NCBI GenBank assembly: GCA_012270995.1
Contig: JAAXHG010000117.1
Location: forward strand, 5,636-69,635
Origin: Vicinamibacteraceae bacterium
GTDB taxonomy: Bacteria > Acidobacteriota > Thermoanaerobaculia > Multivoradales > Multivoraceae
Length of the DNA stretch: 64,000 nucleotides
Reading direction: 5' to 3'
The notes under the pieces were generated by a model. The model saw nothing but the letters and a program-made list of their open reading frames with translations. It made no database searches and was not told the DNA's origin. This document shows positions 27,713-36,273 of the stretch, piece by piece. Position numbers and translations under genes: made by a program. Position 1 is the stretch's first letter, and each line of letters begins with the position of its first letter.

Positions 27713-30700
27713 ATGAAAGACGCCACGACCTTCCACCGCTCCCCCATCCTCAACTCGCCCTACGAACTGCCGGGGCGACACTGGGTGCTGGACGAAAGCG
27801 GTCAGCCGACGGAGAGAATCGGCGAGGGCCGTCGCCCGGTGTCCTTCGTCTCGCCCATTCCCAGGGCGAGAAAGACCGGGCGCAAGGCGCAACGGCGGCT
27901 CACCCTGGACGAAGACATCGAGGCGCTCGAGACGCCAGATGGTCAGCAGTACGAACTGACGGAACTCATCGGCGGGCTGCGCCGGGAGATTGCCGCCTGG
28001 CGCACGCTGCCGGAGTCGCAATGGCGCGTGACGCCCGAAACCGCGCGCCTGCTCAAGCACTGGCGCCACCACCGGTTCAGCGGCATCCGCCCGTTCTTCT
28101 GCCAGGTGGAAGCCGTCGAGACCGCCATCTGGCTGACCGAAGTCGCGCCCGCCGTCGGCAAGCGTGGGCGTCGCTTCCTGGACCGGATCCAGGCGGCCAG
28201 CGAGCAGGCGAACCCGGGACTCTCGCGCATGGCGCTCAAGCTCGCCACCGGCGCCGGAAAGACCACCGTCATGGCCATGCTCATCGCGTGGCAGACGGTG
28301 AACGCCGTTCGCCGCCCCGCCAGCCGGCGATTCACGCGCGGCTTTCTCGTCGTCGCGCCGGGCATCACCATCCGCGACCGCCTGCGGGTGCTCCAGCCGA
28401 ACGACCCCGACAGCTACTACGCCAGCCGCGAACTCGCGCCGCCGGACATGCTGCGCGAAATCGACAAGGCGAAGATCGTCATCACGAACTACCACGCCTT
28501 CGGGCGGCGGGAGACGATGAAGCTGGCCAGGGGCAACCGCGCCCTGCTCCAGGGTCGCGGCCCGGAGCTCGCGACCCGCGAGACGGAAGGCGAGATGCTG
28601 GCCCGCGTGATGCCGGAACTGATGACCATGAAGGGCGTCCTCGTCCTGAACGACGAGGCCCACCACTGCTATCGCGAGAAGGCCGGGGAAGACGAAGAAG
28701 GCAAGCTGAAGGGCGATGATCGCCTTGAGGCGAAGCGCAACCAGGAGGCGGCGCGCGTGTGGATCTCCGGCCTCGAGGCGGCCCAACGCAAACTGGGCCT
28801 GAGGAGGGTCATCGACCTCTCGGCCACGCCGTTCTTCCTGCGCGGCTCCGGCTACGCCGAGGGCACGCTCTTTCCGTGGACCGTCAGCGACTTCTCCCTG
28901 ATGGACGCGATCGAGTGCGGCATCGTCAAGCTCCCGCGCGTGCCGGTGGTCGACAACGTCCCCGGCGCCGAGATGCCGATGTATCGGAACCTGTGGGAGC
29001 ACGTCGGCAACAAGATGCCGAAGAAGGGCCGGGGCAGCGGGGCGCCGCCCGACCCGATGTCGCTGCCGACCGTGCTGCAAAGCGCTCTGGAGGCCCTCTA
29101 CGGCCACTACGACAAGACCTTTCTCCTCTGGGAGGAATCCGGCATCGACGTACCGCCCTGCTTCATCGTCGTGTGCAACAACACGGCCACGTCGAAGCTC
29201 GTCTACGACTACGTCGCGGGCTTCCACCGCGCGTCCGGAAACGGCACGGGGGGAACCGGGACCTTCCACAACGGTCGCCTGCCGCTGTTTCGCAACTTCG
29301 ACGCGGCCGGAATGCCGCTGGCCAGGCCCCGCACGTTGCTCATCGACAGCCACCAGCTCGAATCCGGCGACGCGCTCGACAGGAGCTTCCGCGCGGCCGC
29401 CGCGGACGAGATCGACCGCTTTCGCCGGGAGATCGTCGAACGCACCGGCGACCGCCAGCAAGCCGAGAAGCTGACGGACCAGGACCTGCTGCGCGAGGTG
29501 ATGAACACGGTCGGCAAGGCCGGCCGGCTGGGCGGCGACATCCGGTGCGTCGTCTCCGTCGCCATGCTGACCGAAGGTTGGGACGCCAGCAACGTCACTC
29601 ATGTCCTCGGTCTGCGGGCTTTCGGGACGCAACTTCTCTGCGAACAGGTGATCGGCCGCTCCCTGCGCCGGCAGTCCTACGAGCTCAACGACGGCGGCCT
29701 CTTCGACGTCGAGTACGCGGACGTCTTCGGCGTGCCCTTCGACTTCACCGCCAGGCCCGTCGTGGCGCCGCCGCAGCCGCCCGCCGAAACCGTGCAGGTC
29801 AAGGCGCTCTCGCCGGAACGAGACGACGCGGAGATCCGATTCCCGCGAGTCGCCGGCTACCGCGTCGAACTGCCGAACGACCGCCTCCTCGCCTCATTCA
29901 CGGAGGACTCCCTGCTCGAGCTCACGCCGGAGCTCGTGGGCCCGACGATCGTGCACGACCAGGGCATCATCGGCGAGGGCCACGATCTCACGCCCGAGCG
30001 GCTGGACGACGTCCGCCGGTCCACGGTGCTCTACGAACTGACCAGGCGGCTGCTCTTCAAGCACTGGCGCGACGCGAACGAGGAGCCGAAACTGCACCTC
30101 TTCGGCCAGTTGAAAGGCATCACCGACACCTGGCTCAGGGACTGCCTCAGGTGCAAGGGAGGCACCTTCCCCGCCCAACTGATGATGGCCGAGCTCGCCG
30201 ACCGCGCCTGCGAGAAGATCGCGTCCGCCGTCACCCGCGCGCAGCTGCACCATCAGCCGGTCAAGGCGCTGCTCGATCCCTACAACCCGATCGGCACGAC
30301 CCGCGGCGTGAACTTCACTACCTCGCGCACCCAACGCTACGCGACCGGGCGGCGAAGCCACCTGAACTGGGCAATCCTCGACAGCACGTGGGAAGGCGAG
30401 TTCTGCCGCGTTCTCGACTCGCACCCCCAAGTCCTCGCCTGGGTGAAGAACCGCGGCCTCGGCTTCGACGTGCCGTACCGGTTCGGCGGCGCCGCCCACC
30501 GCTACGTGCCCGACTTCATCGCGATTCTCGATTATGGCCTCGGCGAAGACGAGCCCCTGCACGTCGTGGTGGAGGTCAAGGGCATGCGCGGGGAGGACGC
30601 GAAGGCGAAGAAAGAAGCCATGGACTCCTACTGGCTGCCCGCGGTCAACGCGCTTGGACGCCACGGCCGATGGGCGTTCCTGGAACTTGGGGATCCGCAC

Positions 30701-30859
30701 GAAATGCAGAGCGACTTCGACCAATCGGTCGGCGACGCGTTGAAGGCGCTCGCCAAAGAAGAGCGGATGAAGGAGGCCATTGCCGGATTGATCGCGATGG
30801 GCGGTTCCGATCCGAACGCCGAGTACATCCCAAGGCGCCGCAGCGCGGAAGCAGGATGA
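27713..30859 (+). CDS. res: type III-like restriction enzyme Res subunit (SF2 helicase + PD-(D/E)xK nuclease)
   Basis: Motifs LATGAGKTT, LNDEAHHCY, DLSATPFF and MLTEGWDASNVTHVLGLR. Nuclease module YVPDFIAIL...VVVEVKGMRGED. Confidence 0.9.
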   Translation: MKDATTFHRSPILNSPYELPGRHWVLDESGQPTERIGEGRRPVSFVSPIPRARKTGRKAQRRLTLDEDIEALETPDGQQYELTELIGGLRREIAAWRTLPESQWRVTPETARLLKHWRHHRFSGIRPFFCQVEAVETAIWLTEVAPAVGKRGRRFLDRIQAASEQANPGLSRMALKLATGAGKTTVMAMLIAWQTVNAVRRPASRRFTRGFLVVAPGITIRDRLRVLQPNDPDSYYASRELAPPDMLREIDKAKIVITNYHAFGRRETMKLARGNRALLQGRGPELATRETEGEMLARVMPELMTMKGVLVLNDEAHHCYREKAGEDEEGKLKGDDRLEAKRNQEAARVWISGLEAAQRKLGLRRVIDLSATPFFLRGSGYAEGTLFPWTVSDFSLMDAIECGIVKLPRVPVVDNVPGAEMPMYRNLWEHVGNKMPKKGRGSGAPPDPMSLPTVLQSALEALYGHYDKTFLLWEESGIDVPPCFIVVCNNTATSKLVYDYVAGFHRASGNGTGGTGTFHNGRLPLFRNFDAAGMPLARPRTLLIDSHQLESGDALDRSFRAAAADEIDRFRREIVERTGDRQQAEKLTDQDLLREVMNTVGKAGRLGGDIRCVVSVAMLTEGWDASNVTHVLGLRAFGTQLLCEQVIGRSLRRQSYELNDGGLFDVEYADVFGVPFDFTARPVVAPPQPPAETVQVKALSPERDDAEIRFPRVAGYRVELPNDRLLASFTEDSLLELTPELVGPTIVHDQGIIGEGHDLTPERLDDVRRSTVLYELTRRLLFKHWRDANEEPKLHLFGQLKGITDTWLRDCLRCKGGTFPAQLMMAELADRACEKIASAVTRAQLHHQPVKALLDPYNPIGTTRGVNFTTSRTQRYATGRRSHLNWAILDSTWEGEFCRVLDSHPQVLAWVKNRGLGFDVPYRFGGAAHRYVPDFIAILDYGLGEDEPLHVVVEVKGMRGEDAKAKKEAMDSYWLPAVNALGRHGRWAFLELGDPHEMQSDFDQSVGDALKALAKEERMKEAIAGLIAMGGSDPNAEYIPRRRSAEAG

Positions 30860-31236
30860 TCCTGGTGGATACATCAGTCTGGATCGACCACCTTCACCGG
30901 CCGATCCCGGCGCTCAACGCGCAGCTCGCAGAACGCAACGTCCTGTGCCACGAAATGGTGATCGGAGAACTCGCGCTGGGTAATCTGCAGGCCCGCGACA
31001 GCGCGCTTCACGACCTGAAGGCTCTTCCCCAGGCCGAAGCACTCGCGGGAAAGGAAGTGCTCGAGTTGATTGAAGAACGGAAACTCACGGGGCGAGGCAT
31101 CGGCTACGTGGACGCCAACCTCCTCGGCGCCGTGCTGGCGGACGGCAACGCGACCCTGTGGACGACCGACCGGAAACTGCGGCGGCTCGCGGCGGAACTC
31201 GGCATCGTCCACGTCCCTGACCCGGAGGACCGTTAG
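30856..31236 (+). CDS. vapC: PIN-domain protein (VapC-like) embedded between res and mod
   Basis: ATG 30856 overlaps the res stop (ATGA). MILVDTSVWIDHLHRP... is 126 aa and ends 4 nt before the mod ATG. Confidence 0.85.
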   Translation: MILVDTSVWIDHLHRPIPALNAQLAERNVLCHEMVIGELALGNLQARDSALHDLKALPQAEALAGKEVLELIEERKLTGRGIGYVDANLLGAVLADGNATLWTTDRKLRRLAAELGIVHVPDPEDR

Positions 31237-31240
31237 CCCG

Positions 31241-34141
31241 ATGGCCAGGAAGACCAGGAAGGTCGAGACGCTGATCCACCGCGAAGCGTCGCGCCGCAAC
31301 ATTCCCACCGCCGAGTACCAGCCGGTGATGCACGCGTACGACCGGGACCCGATCCGCGTCGCCTACGAGCGGCGCAACCCGGACCTCGATCCGCAACTGG
31401 TCTGGCGCGGCAAGGACATGCGGGACTGGTCCGAGCTCGTCGTACCCGCGCCGCCGCTCTTCATCCAGGAGAAGATGCACCCCAAGGTGCTGATCGACGA
31501 CCTGGCCCGCGTGAGCCGCCAGGCGCGCGAACGGGAAGCCGGCGACCAGACCGTCCAACCCGATCTCTTCGGCGACTTCAACGGCCTCCCGGACGGCGAC
31601 GCCAGGACCGAGTTCTACCGACACGACGCCAACTGGTCGAACCGCATGATTCTCGGCGATTCCCTGCAGGTCATGGCGTCGCTCGCCGAACGGGAAGGCC
31701 TGCGCGGCAAGGTGCAGTGCATCTACATCGACCCGCCCTACGGCATCAAGTTCAACTCGAACTTCCAGTGGTCGACGACGAGCCGGGACGTCAAGGACGG
31801 CAAGGCGGACCACATCACGCGGGAACCGGAACAGGTCAAGGCGTTCCGGGATACCTGGCGGGACGGCATCCACTCGTACCTGACGTATCTGCGGGATCGC
31901 TTGACCGCGGCCCGCGATCTGCTCACCGAGAGCGGGTCGGTGTTCGTGCAGATCGGCGACGAGAACGTGCACCGGGTGCGGGCGGTGATGGACGAGGTCT
32001 TTGGGGCGGAGAACTTCGTCTCGCAGATCTATTTCGCGAAGACGACGGGGTTCGTGGGCCAGTACTTGGCGAACGTCGCCGACTACGTTCTTTGGTACGC
32101 ACGGGACCGGGCCTCTGGCAAGTACCGGCCGCTCTGGCGGAAGAAAGTCGCTGGCACCGAGGGGGCAGCCGGATACAAGACTTGGGAGTCGTACCGAACG
32201 CTGACGAACTATCCGTTCTCGCCGTCGCGCCTTGCGACGTTATCTGATCTAACGTCGCAAGGCGCGACGGCGAAGGACGGTGACGTGTTCGTCTGCGGGA
32301 GGTCGTTTCTTCCGCTCCCGGGATTGCACTGGAAGACGACATCTTCGGGTCTCAGGCGACTCGGTGCTGCGAGTCGAATAGCTGCGGAGGGAAGAACACC
32401 GGGGTACGTACGGTTCATGGACGACTTCGCGGTAACGCCCTTTGTCAATCGCTGGACGGACACGGTAGGACAGAACCAGTTCGGCGGTAGCAAGACCTAT
32501 GTCGTCCAGACCGCACTTCCAGTAGTACAGCGCTGCCTCCTCATGACCACCGACCCCGGCGACCTCGTCCTCGACCCGACCTGCGGCTCCGGTACGACCG
32601 CCTACGTCGCCGAGCAGTGGGGACGGCGCTGGATCACGATCGACACCTCCCGCGTCGCGCTCGCTCTCGCTCGCGCCCGGATCATGGGCGCCCGCTACCC
32701 GTACTACCTGCTCGCCGACAGCCGCGAGGGCCAACTCAAGGAAGCCGCGATTGCCCGCAAGGCTCCTTCGGAAGCGCCGACGTACGACGACATTCGCCAC
32801 GGCTTCGTGTACGAGCGTGTCCCCCACATCACGCTCAAGCTGATCGCCAACAACGCCGAGATCGACGTGATCCACGAGCGGATGCAGCCGGACGTCGAAG
32901 CCGCGCTCAGCGACCTCAATCGCGCCTTGCGGGATCACGCCGTGCCGTTCACCGTCGGGACCGGCGGACGCAGGGGCAAGGAGATCGACTTCGGCGCCCC
33001 GCCGGGAAGCACGGTCGATCTTCCGTCGGGCGAGTCGGCGCCCGCCAACGGCCTGCTCGAATGGGAAGTGCCCCGGGAGCCGGAGAACGACTGGAACGAG
33101 GCCGCTCGCGAAGCCCACGAGCGCTTCTGGCGGGCCCGGATCGCCCGCCAGCGAGAGATAGACGCCTGCATCGCCGCGAGCGCCGAGTACGAGCACCTCT
33201 ACGACAAGCCGTACCAGGACAACAGGAAGGTCCGCGTCGCCGGCCCCTTCACCGTCGAGAGCGTCTCGCCGCATCGCCTGGCCGCCCTGGACGAGCACGA
33301 TGAGCTCCTCGTCGCCGAGCCCCGCGCGCGCTACGACCCGGGCGCCGACGTGTCGCGCCACGAGTTCGCCCACGTGATTCTCGAGAACCTCCGCACCGCC
33401 GGGGTTCAGCAGGCCAGGAAGGCTGGCCGGATCGCCTTCTCGTCGCTTGAGCCGTGGCCCGGCGAGCTCGTCTGCGCCGAGGGCCGCTACCTGGACGGCG
33501 ACGGCAAGGAGCGGAGCGCCGGCGTCTTCATCGGTCCGGAGTTCGGCACCGTCTCCCGCCCGGACCTGGTGAGCGCCACCCGCGAGGCCGCCGACGCCGG
33601 CTTCGACGTCCTGATCGCCTGCGCCTTCAACTTCGAAGCGCACGCCGCCGAGTTCACGAAGCTCGGCCGCGTCCCCGTGCTCAAGGCCCGCATGAACGCC
33701 GACCTGCACATGGCCGACGACCTCAGGAAGACAGACACGGCCAACCTCTTCGTGATCTTCGGCGAGCCCGACATCGACATCGAACCCGCCGCCGGCGGCA
33801 ACGGCGAGCCGGACTGGCTCCGGGTCAGGATCAAGGGCGTCGACGTCTTCGACCCATCCGCCGGCGAAGTCCGCAGCGACGGTCCCGAAGGCATCGCCTG
33901 CTGGTTCGTGGACACCGACTACAACGAAGAGAGCTTCTTCGTCCGCCAGGCCTACTTCCTCGGCGCCGGGGACCCCTACAAGTCCCTCAGAACCACCTTG
34001 AAGGCGGAAATCGACTCCGAAGCCTGGGCTACCCTGCGGAGCGACACCTCCCGCCCCTTCCCGAAACCCACCACCGGCCGCATCGCCGTCAAGGTCATCA
34101 ACCACCTCGGCGACGAAGTGATGAAGGTATTCGGGGTCTGA
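31241..34141 (+). CDS. mod: DNA methyltransferase (beta-class N6A/N4C; Mod subunit) with long C-terminal extension
   Basis: Motif IV IYIDPPYGIKFNSNF, then motif I LVLDPTCGSGTTAYVAEQWGRRWITID. Start is ATG 31241 (MARKTRKVETLIHREASRRNIP). Confidence 0.9.
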   Translation: MARKTRKVETLIHREASRRNIPTAEYQPVMHAYDRDPIRVAYERRNPDLDPQLVWRGKDMRDWSELVVPAPPLFIQEKMHPKVLIDDLARVSRQAREREAGDQTVQPDLFGDFNGLPDGDARTEFYRHDANWSNRMILGDSLQVMASLAEREGLRGKVQCIYIDPPYGIKFNSNFQWSTTSRDVKDGKADHITREPEQVKAFRDTWRDGIHSYLTYLRDRLTAARDLLTESGSVFVQIGDENVHRVRAVMDEVFGAENFVSQIYFAKTTGFVGQYLANVADYVLWYARDRASGKYRPLWRKKVAGTEGAAGYKTWESYRTLTNYPFSPSRLATLSDLTSQGATAKDGDVFVCGRSFLPLPGLHWKTTSSGLRRLGAASRIAAEGRTPGYVRFMDDFAVTPFVNRWTDTVGQNQFGGSKTYVVQTALPVVQRCLLMTTDPGDLVLDPTCGSGTTAYVAEQWGRRWITIDTSRVALALARARIMGARYPYYLLADSREGQLKEAAIARKAPSEAPTYDDIRHGFVYERVPHITLKLIANNAEIDVIHERMQPDVEAALSDLNRALRDHAVPFTVGTGGRRGKEIDFGAPPGSTVDLPSGESAPANGLLEWEVPREPENDWNEAAREAHERFWRARIARQREIDACIAASAEYEHLYDKPYQDNRKVRVAGPFTVESVSPHRLAALDEHDELLVAEPRARYDPGADVSRHEFAHVILENLRTAGVQQARKAGRIAFSSLEPWPGELVCAEGRYLDGDGKERSAGVFIGPEFGTVSRPDLVSATREAADAGFDVLIACAFNFEAHAAEFTKLGRVPVLKARMNADLHMADDLRKTDTANLFVIFGEPDIDIEPAAGGNGEPDWLRVRIKGVDVFDPSAGEVRSDGPEGIACWFVDTDYNEESFFVRQAYFLGAGDPYKSLRTTLKAEIDSEAWATLRSDTSRPFPKPTTGRIAVKVINHLGDEVMKVFGV

Positions 34142-34294
34142 ATCGACCGCGCCTCGACCTCGGTGCGGCTGGTCTCGCGGAAGCGCTTCAGCCACTCGCC
34201 GGCGCCCGGTCGAGGACAGTCCTGAGTGGGAGGTCCGTGAACCGTTCGTCCATGCGGATCAGAAGGTCAGCCGCACGCGTTCGGGGGCCCGGCC

Positions 34295-34552
34295 TCAGCC
34301 GAGCAGCCGGAACAGCACGGCGACCACCAGGCTGGCGGTTCCAACAGTGAACCCGCCCACCACCAGCACGATGCGCCAGGTGAGCTGGTCGCAAAGGTCC
34401 GCCAGTTCCGCTCGAAGGTGCTCTCGCTCGACGAGGCCCGCGACGGCCGCCGCGCAGACGTCCCGCAGCGCCGCAACGCGGTCGCCAGACTCCGCTACAG
34501 GGCCGCCCGAGAGACGAGCCACAACCCCAGCATCACCACTCCACAGAACCAC
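34295..34552 (-). CDS. small DUF1640-like protein with C-terminal TM helix
   Basis: ..REHLRAELADLCDQLTWRIVLVVGGFTVGTASLVVAVLFRLLG parallels 35038..35283. Start uncertain. Confidence 0.4.
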   Translation of the reverse strand: MVLWSGDAGVVARLSGGPVAESGDRVAALRDVCAAAVAGLVEREHLRAELADLCDQLTWRIVLVVGGFTVGTASLVVAVLFRLLG

Positions 34553-34771
34553 AGAATGAACAAGAGCCGTGAGGCTTTGCGGATCGCAGGAGCAAACAAC
34601 CAGTTCGGCAGGGACACCTCTGGTTCCGGTTCGTTCGGCGAATGGAAGTGACCCTCATCAACCACTGCTCCGGCGCACGGCAAATCCAAGAGTTTGCATG
34701 AGTACGCCTTCTCTGCGTTCGGTCTCCGGATACCGGAACCGGAGCCGCACCGTCTGCTAGGGTTCGCAGGC

Positions 34772-35041
34772 ATGGAGAACGTCGAGGCCGCGAACCAGCG
34801 TACCGCAAAGCTGTAACAGCGACGGGATCAACTCACCGCCCGACTGCAACGGCTCCAGCAGGCCGAGAAGACGAAGCAGAGGAAGCTCAGGACCCGGCGG
34901 CTCATCCTCATGGGAACGATGATGGAAACGCGGGTGAAGGACGACCCGGACTACCGGGAAAGAGTCCGGACCGCGCTCGACGGATTCCTCGTGAAGGATC
35001 CCGACCGGAAACTCTTCGACCTGCCGGGAGACCGGACATGA
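34772..35041 (+). pseudogene. TraD/MobC-like small conjugation-accessory gene with in-frame TAA
   Basis: Manual translation gives MENVEAANQRTAKL*QRRDQLTARLQRLQQAEKTKQRKLRTRRLILMGTMMETRVKDDPDYRERVRTALDGFLVKDPDRKLFDLPGDRT*. The TAA is at 34814-34816, and the stop overlaps the next ATG (ATGA). Confidence 0.45.
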
Positions 35042-35283
35042 CCCCGACCGACACGCTGCGCACGGCCGAGATCCTGCGCGAGGCCGGGGTCCCGGAGCGG
35101 CAGGCCGCAGCCACCGCGAGAGCGATCGACCTCGCGGTCGCGGAGTCCCGCGGCGATCTGGCGACGCGGGCCGACCTAGCGGAGATGGAGACCCGGCTGA
35201 CCCGAACGCTGTACCGCGCCCTGCTGATCCAGACCGGCGTGATCGCCGGGATCGTGATCGCCCTGCTCCGACTGCTGCCGTAA
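35038..35283 (+). CDS. DUF1640-family small membrane-anchored protein
   Basis: 81 aa, MTPTDTLRTAEILREAGVPERQAAATARAIDLAV...ETRLTRTLYRALLIQTGVIAGIVIALLRLLP. Confidence 0.7.
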   Translation: MTPTDTLRTAEILREAGVPERQAAATARAIDLAVAESRGDLATRADLAEMETRLTRTLYRALLIQTGVIAGIVIALLRLLP

Positions 35284-35332
35284 CGGCCGGCAGACCCGCT
35301 TCGGTGGGTGGAGAGCCCCTCCGGTTCCCTCA

Positions 35333-35810
35333 GTAGTAGCAGGCCTTGAACGGGGCCTGCTCGATCAGACGGTCGAGGAAGCGCTTGGCGGAGGCGGCGG
35401 TGGCTCGACTGACGGCCATGCCGAATCCCCACCTCGAACAGCGGTCAACGGCAGTCAACTGCTTGATTGTGCGGTTGCTGGGGAACCAGATCGAGAAGAG
35501 TGTCGACTTGCACTGCGTCGCCCGGTCTGTTGGCCTTGAGATCTCCTCGGAGGCGCGTGACCCGCCTCGTCCGCCGCTGGCGCCGCTGGCGCGCCGCGGC
35601 GGTAAAGCACGTGACGGGCCGGGCGCGCCCGCAAGCCACCAGGTGGGCCAGGATGCGGCCTACGGTCGCGTCCGAGATGTACCATCGGGCAGCTGTCCGC
35701 GCGTGCGGGATGGCGAAGCAGGTGACCGATTCTGCGCGAAACCGGCTGAAACGCACCTTCTCGAAGGCGAAGAACGGCTCGAAACGGCGACGCGGCGCGC
35801 TACAGGAGAG
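35333..35810 (-). mobile_element. truncated, frameshifted DDE (rve-type) transposase remnant
   Basis: ..ISDATVGRILAHLVACGRARPV...KANRPGDAVQVDTL.., then a frame change to KQLTAVDRCSRWGFGMAVSRATAASAKRFLDRLIEQAPFK and a premature end. The catalytic core is missing. GC is locally lower. Confidence 0.6.
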
Positions 35811-35849
35811 ATAAGACCCGCCAAGCCAGCCATAGCGACAGACTATCCC

Positions 35850-36170
35850 CATCGCGCTCTTGCAGGCTGCTTTCCGCGCTGATTCCTTTATCAGCAGCAT
35901 CTCGTAGGGAGTCGGCAAGTTGACGATGGTGTTCCCCATGTCCGACGGCCCGATGCCGGCACCGCCGGCATGAATGTCCCAGCCGTAGCCGCCCGGCGAG
36001 TAGAGCCATGACTTGGGGAACTTGTATGCCTCCCCTTTGATGATGAGCGTCTCTTCGCACTCGTTTCAGTCATGCACCTCTTCCGCCGCGACCAGCCTCG
36101 GTGCGCCGCCGATCAGTACGAAGAACAGCGCGCCCAACAGCGCGCCGCGAGACCAACTCTGTGTCCTCAT
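35850..36170 (-). pseudogene. signal-peptide ORF with in-frame TGA (U-x-x-C candidate, or nonsense mutation); its 3' end runs into the IS remnant
   Basis: MRTQSWSRGALLGALFFVLIGGAPRLVAAEEVHD-TGA(36068..36066)-NECEETLIIKGEAYKFPKSWLYSPGGYGWDIHAGGAGIGPSDMGNTIVNLPTPYEMLLIKE... GGAGGG RBS lies before ATG 36170. Third-position GC stays high after the TGA. Confidence 0.4.
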
Positions 36171-36171
36171 T

Positions 36172-36205
36172 GGAGGCCCTCCGGTTATGGAGGCCCTCCG
36201 GTTAT
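36172..36205. repeat. perfect 17-bp tandem duplication (GGAGGCCCTCCGGTTAT x2)
   Basis: Units at 36172-36188 and 36189-36205. The duplication lies in the divergent intergenic region between the signal-peptide ORF and the sulfatase-fold gene. Each unit contains the GGAGG-C-CCTCC mini-palindrome. Confidence 0.9.
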
Positions 36206-36273
36206 GGATGTGCCGTAGGCTAGCCTCATTCCGCCGCCGAATCGTCCACTAGCCGTTCGCCTCTATCCGTGCC

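Noticed and set aside
27686-34195. Two 648-aa minus-strand ORFs (27686..29632 and 32249..34195) opposite res and mod.
   Set aside because: These are antisense shadows typical of high-GC DNA. Their translations are Arg/Gly/Ala/Pro-rich with no motifs, whereas the plus-strand frames carry complete helicase and methyltransferase motifs.
34495-34773. 92-aa minus-strand ORF with one TM helix (..LLFILWFCGVVMLGLWLVS..).
   Set aside because: It overlaps the 5' part of the DUF1640-like ORF, has lower third-position GC and no recognisable family. It could be a real small membrane protein of the mobile remnant, but the evidence is insufficient.
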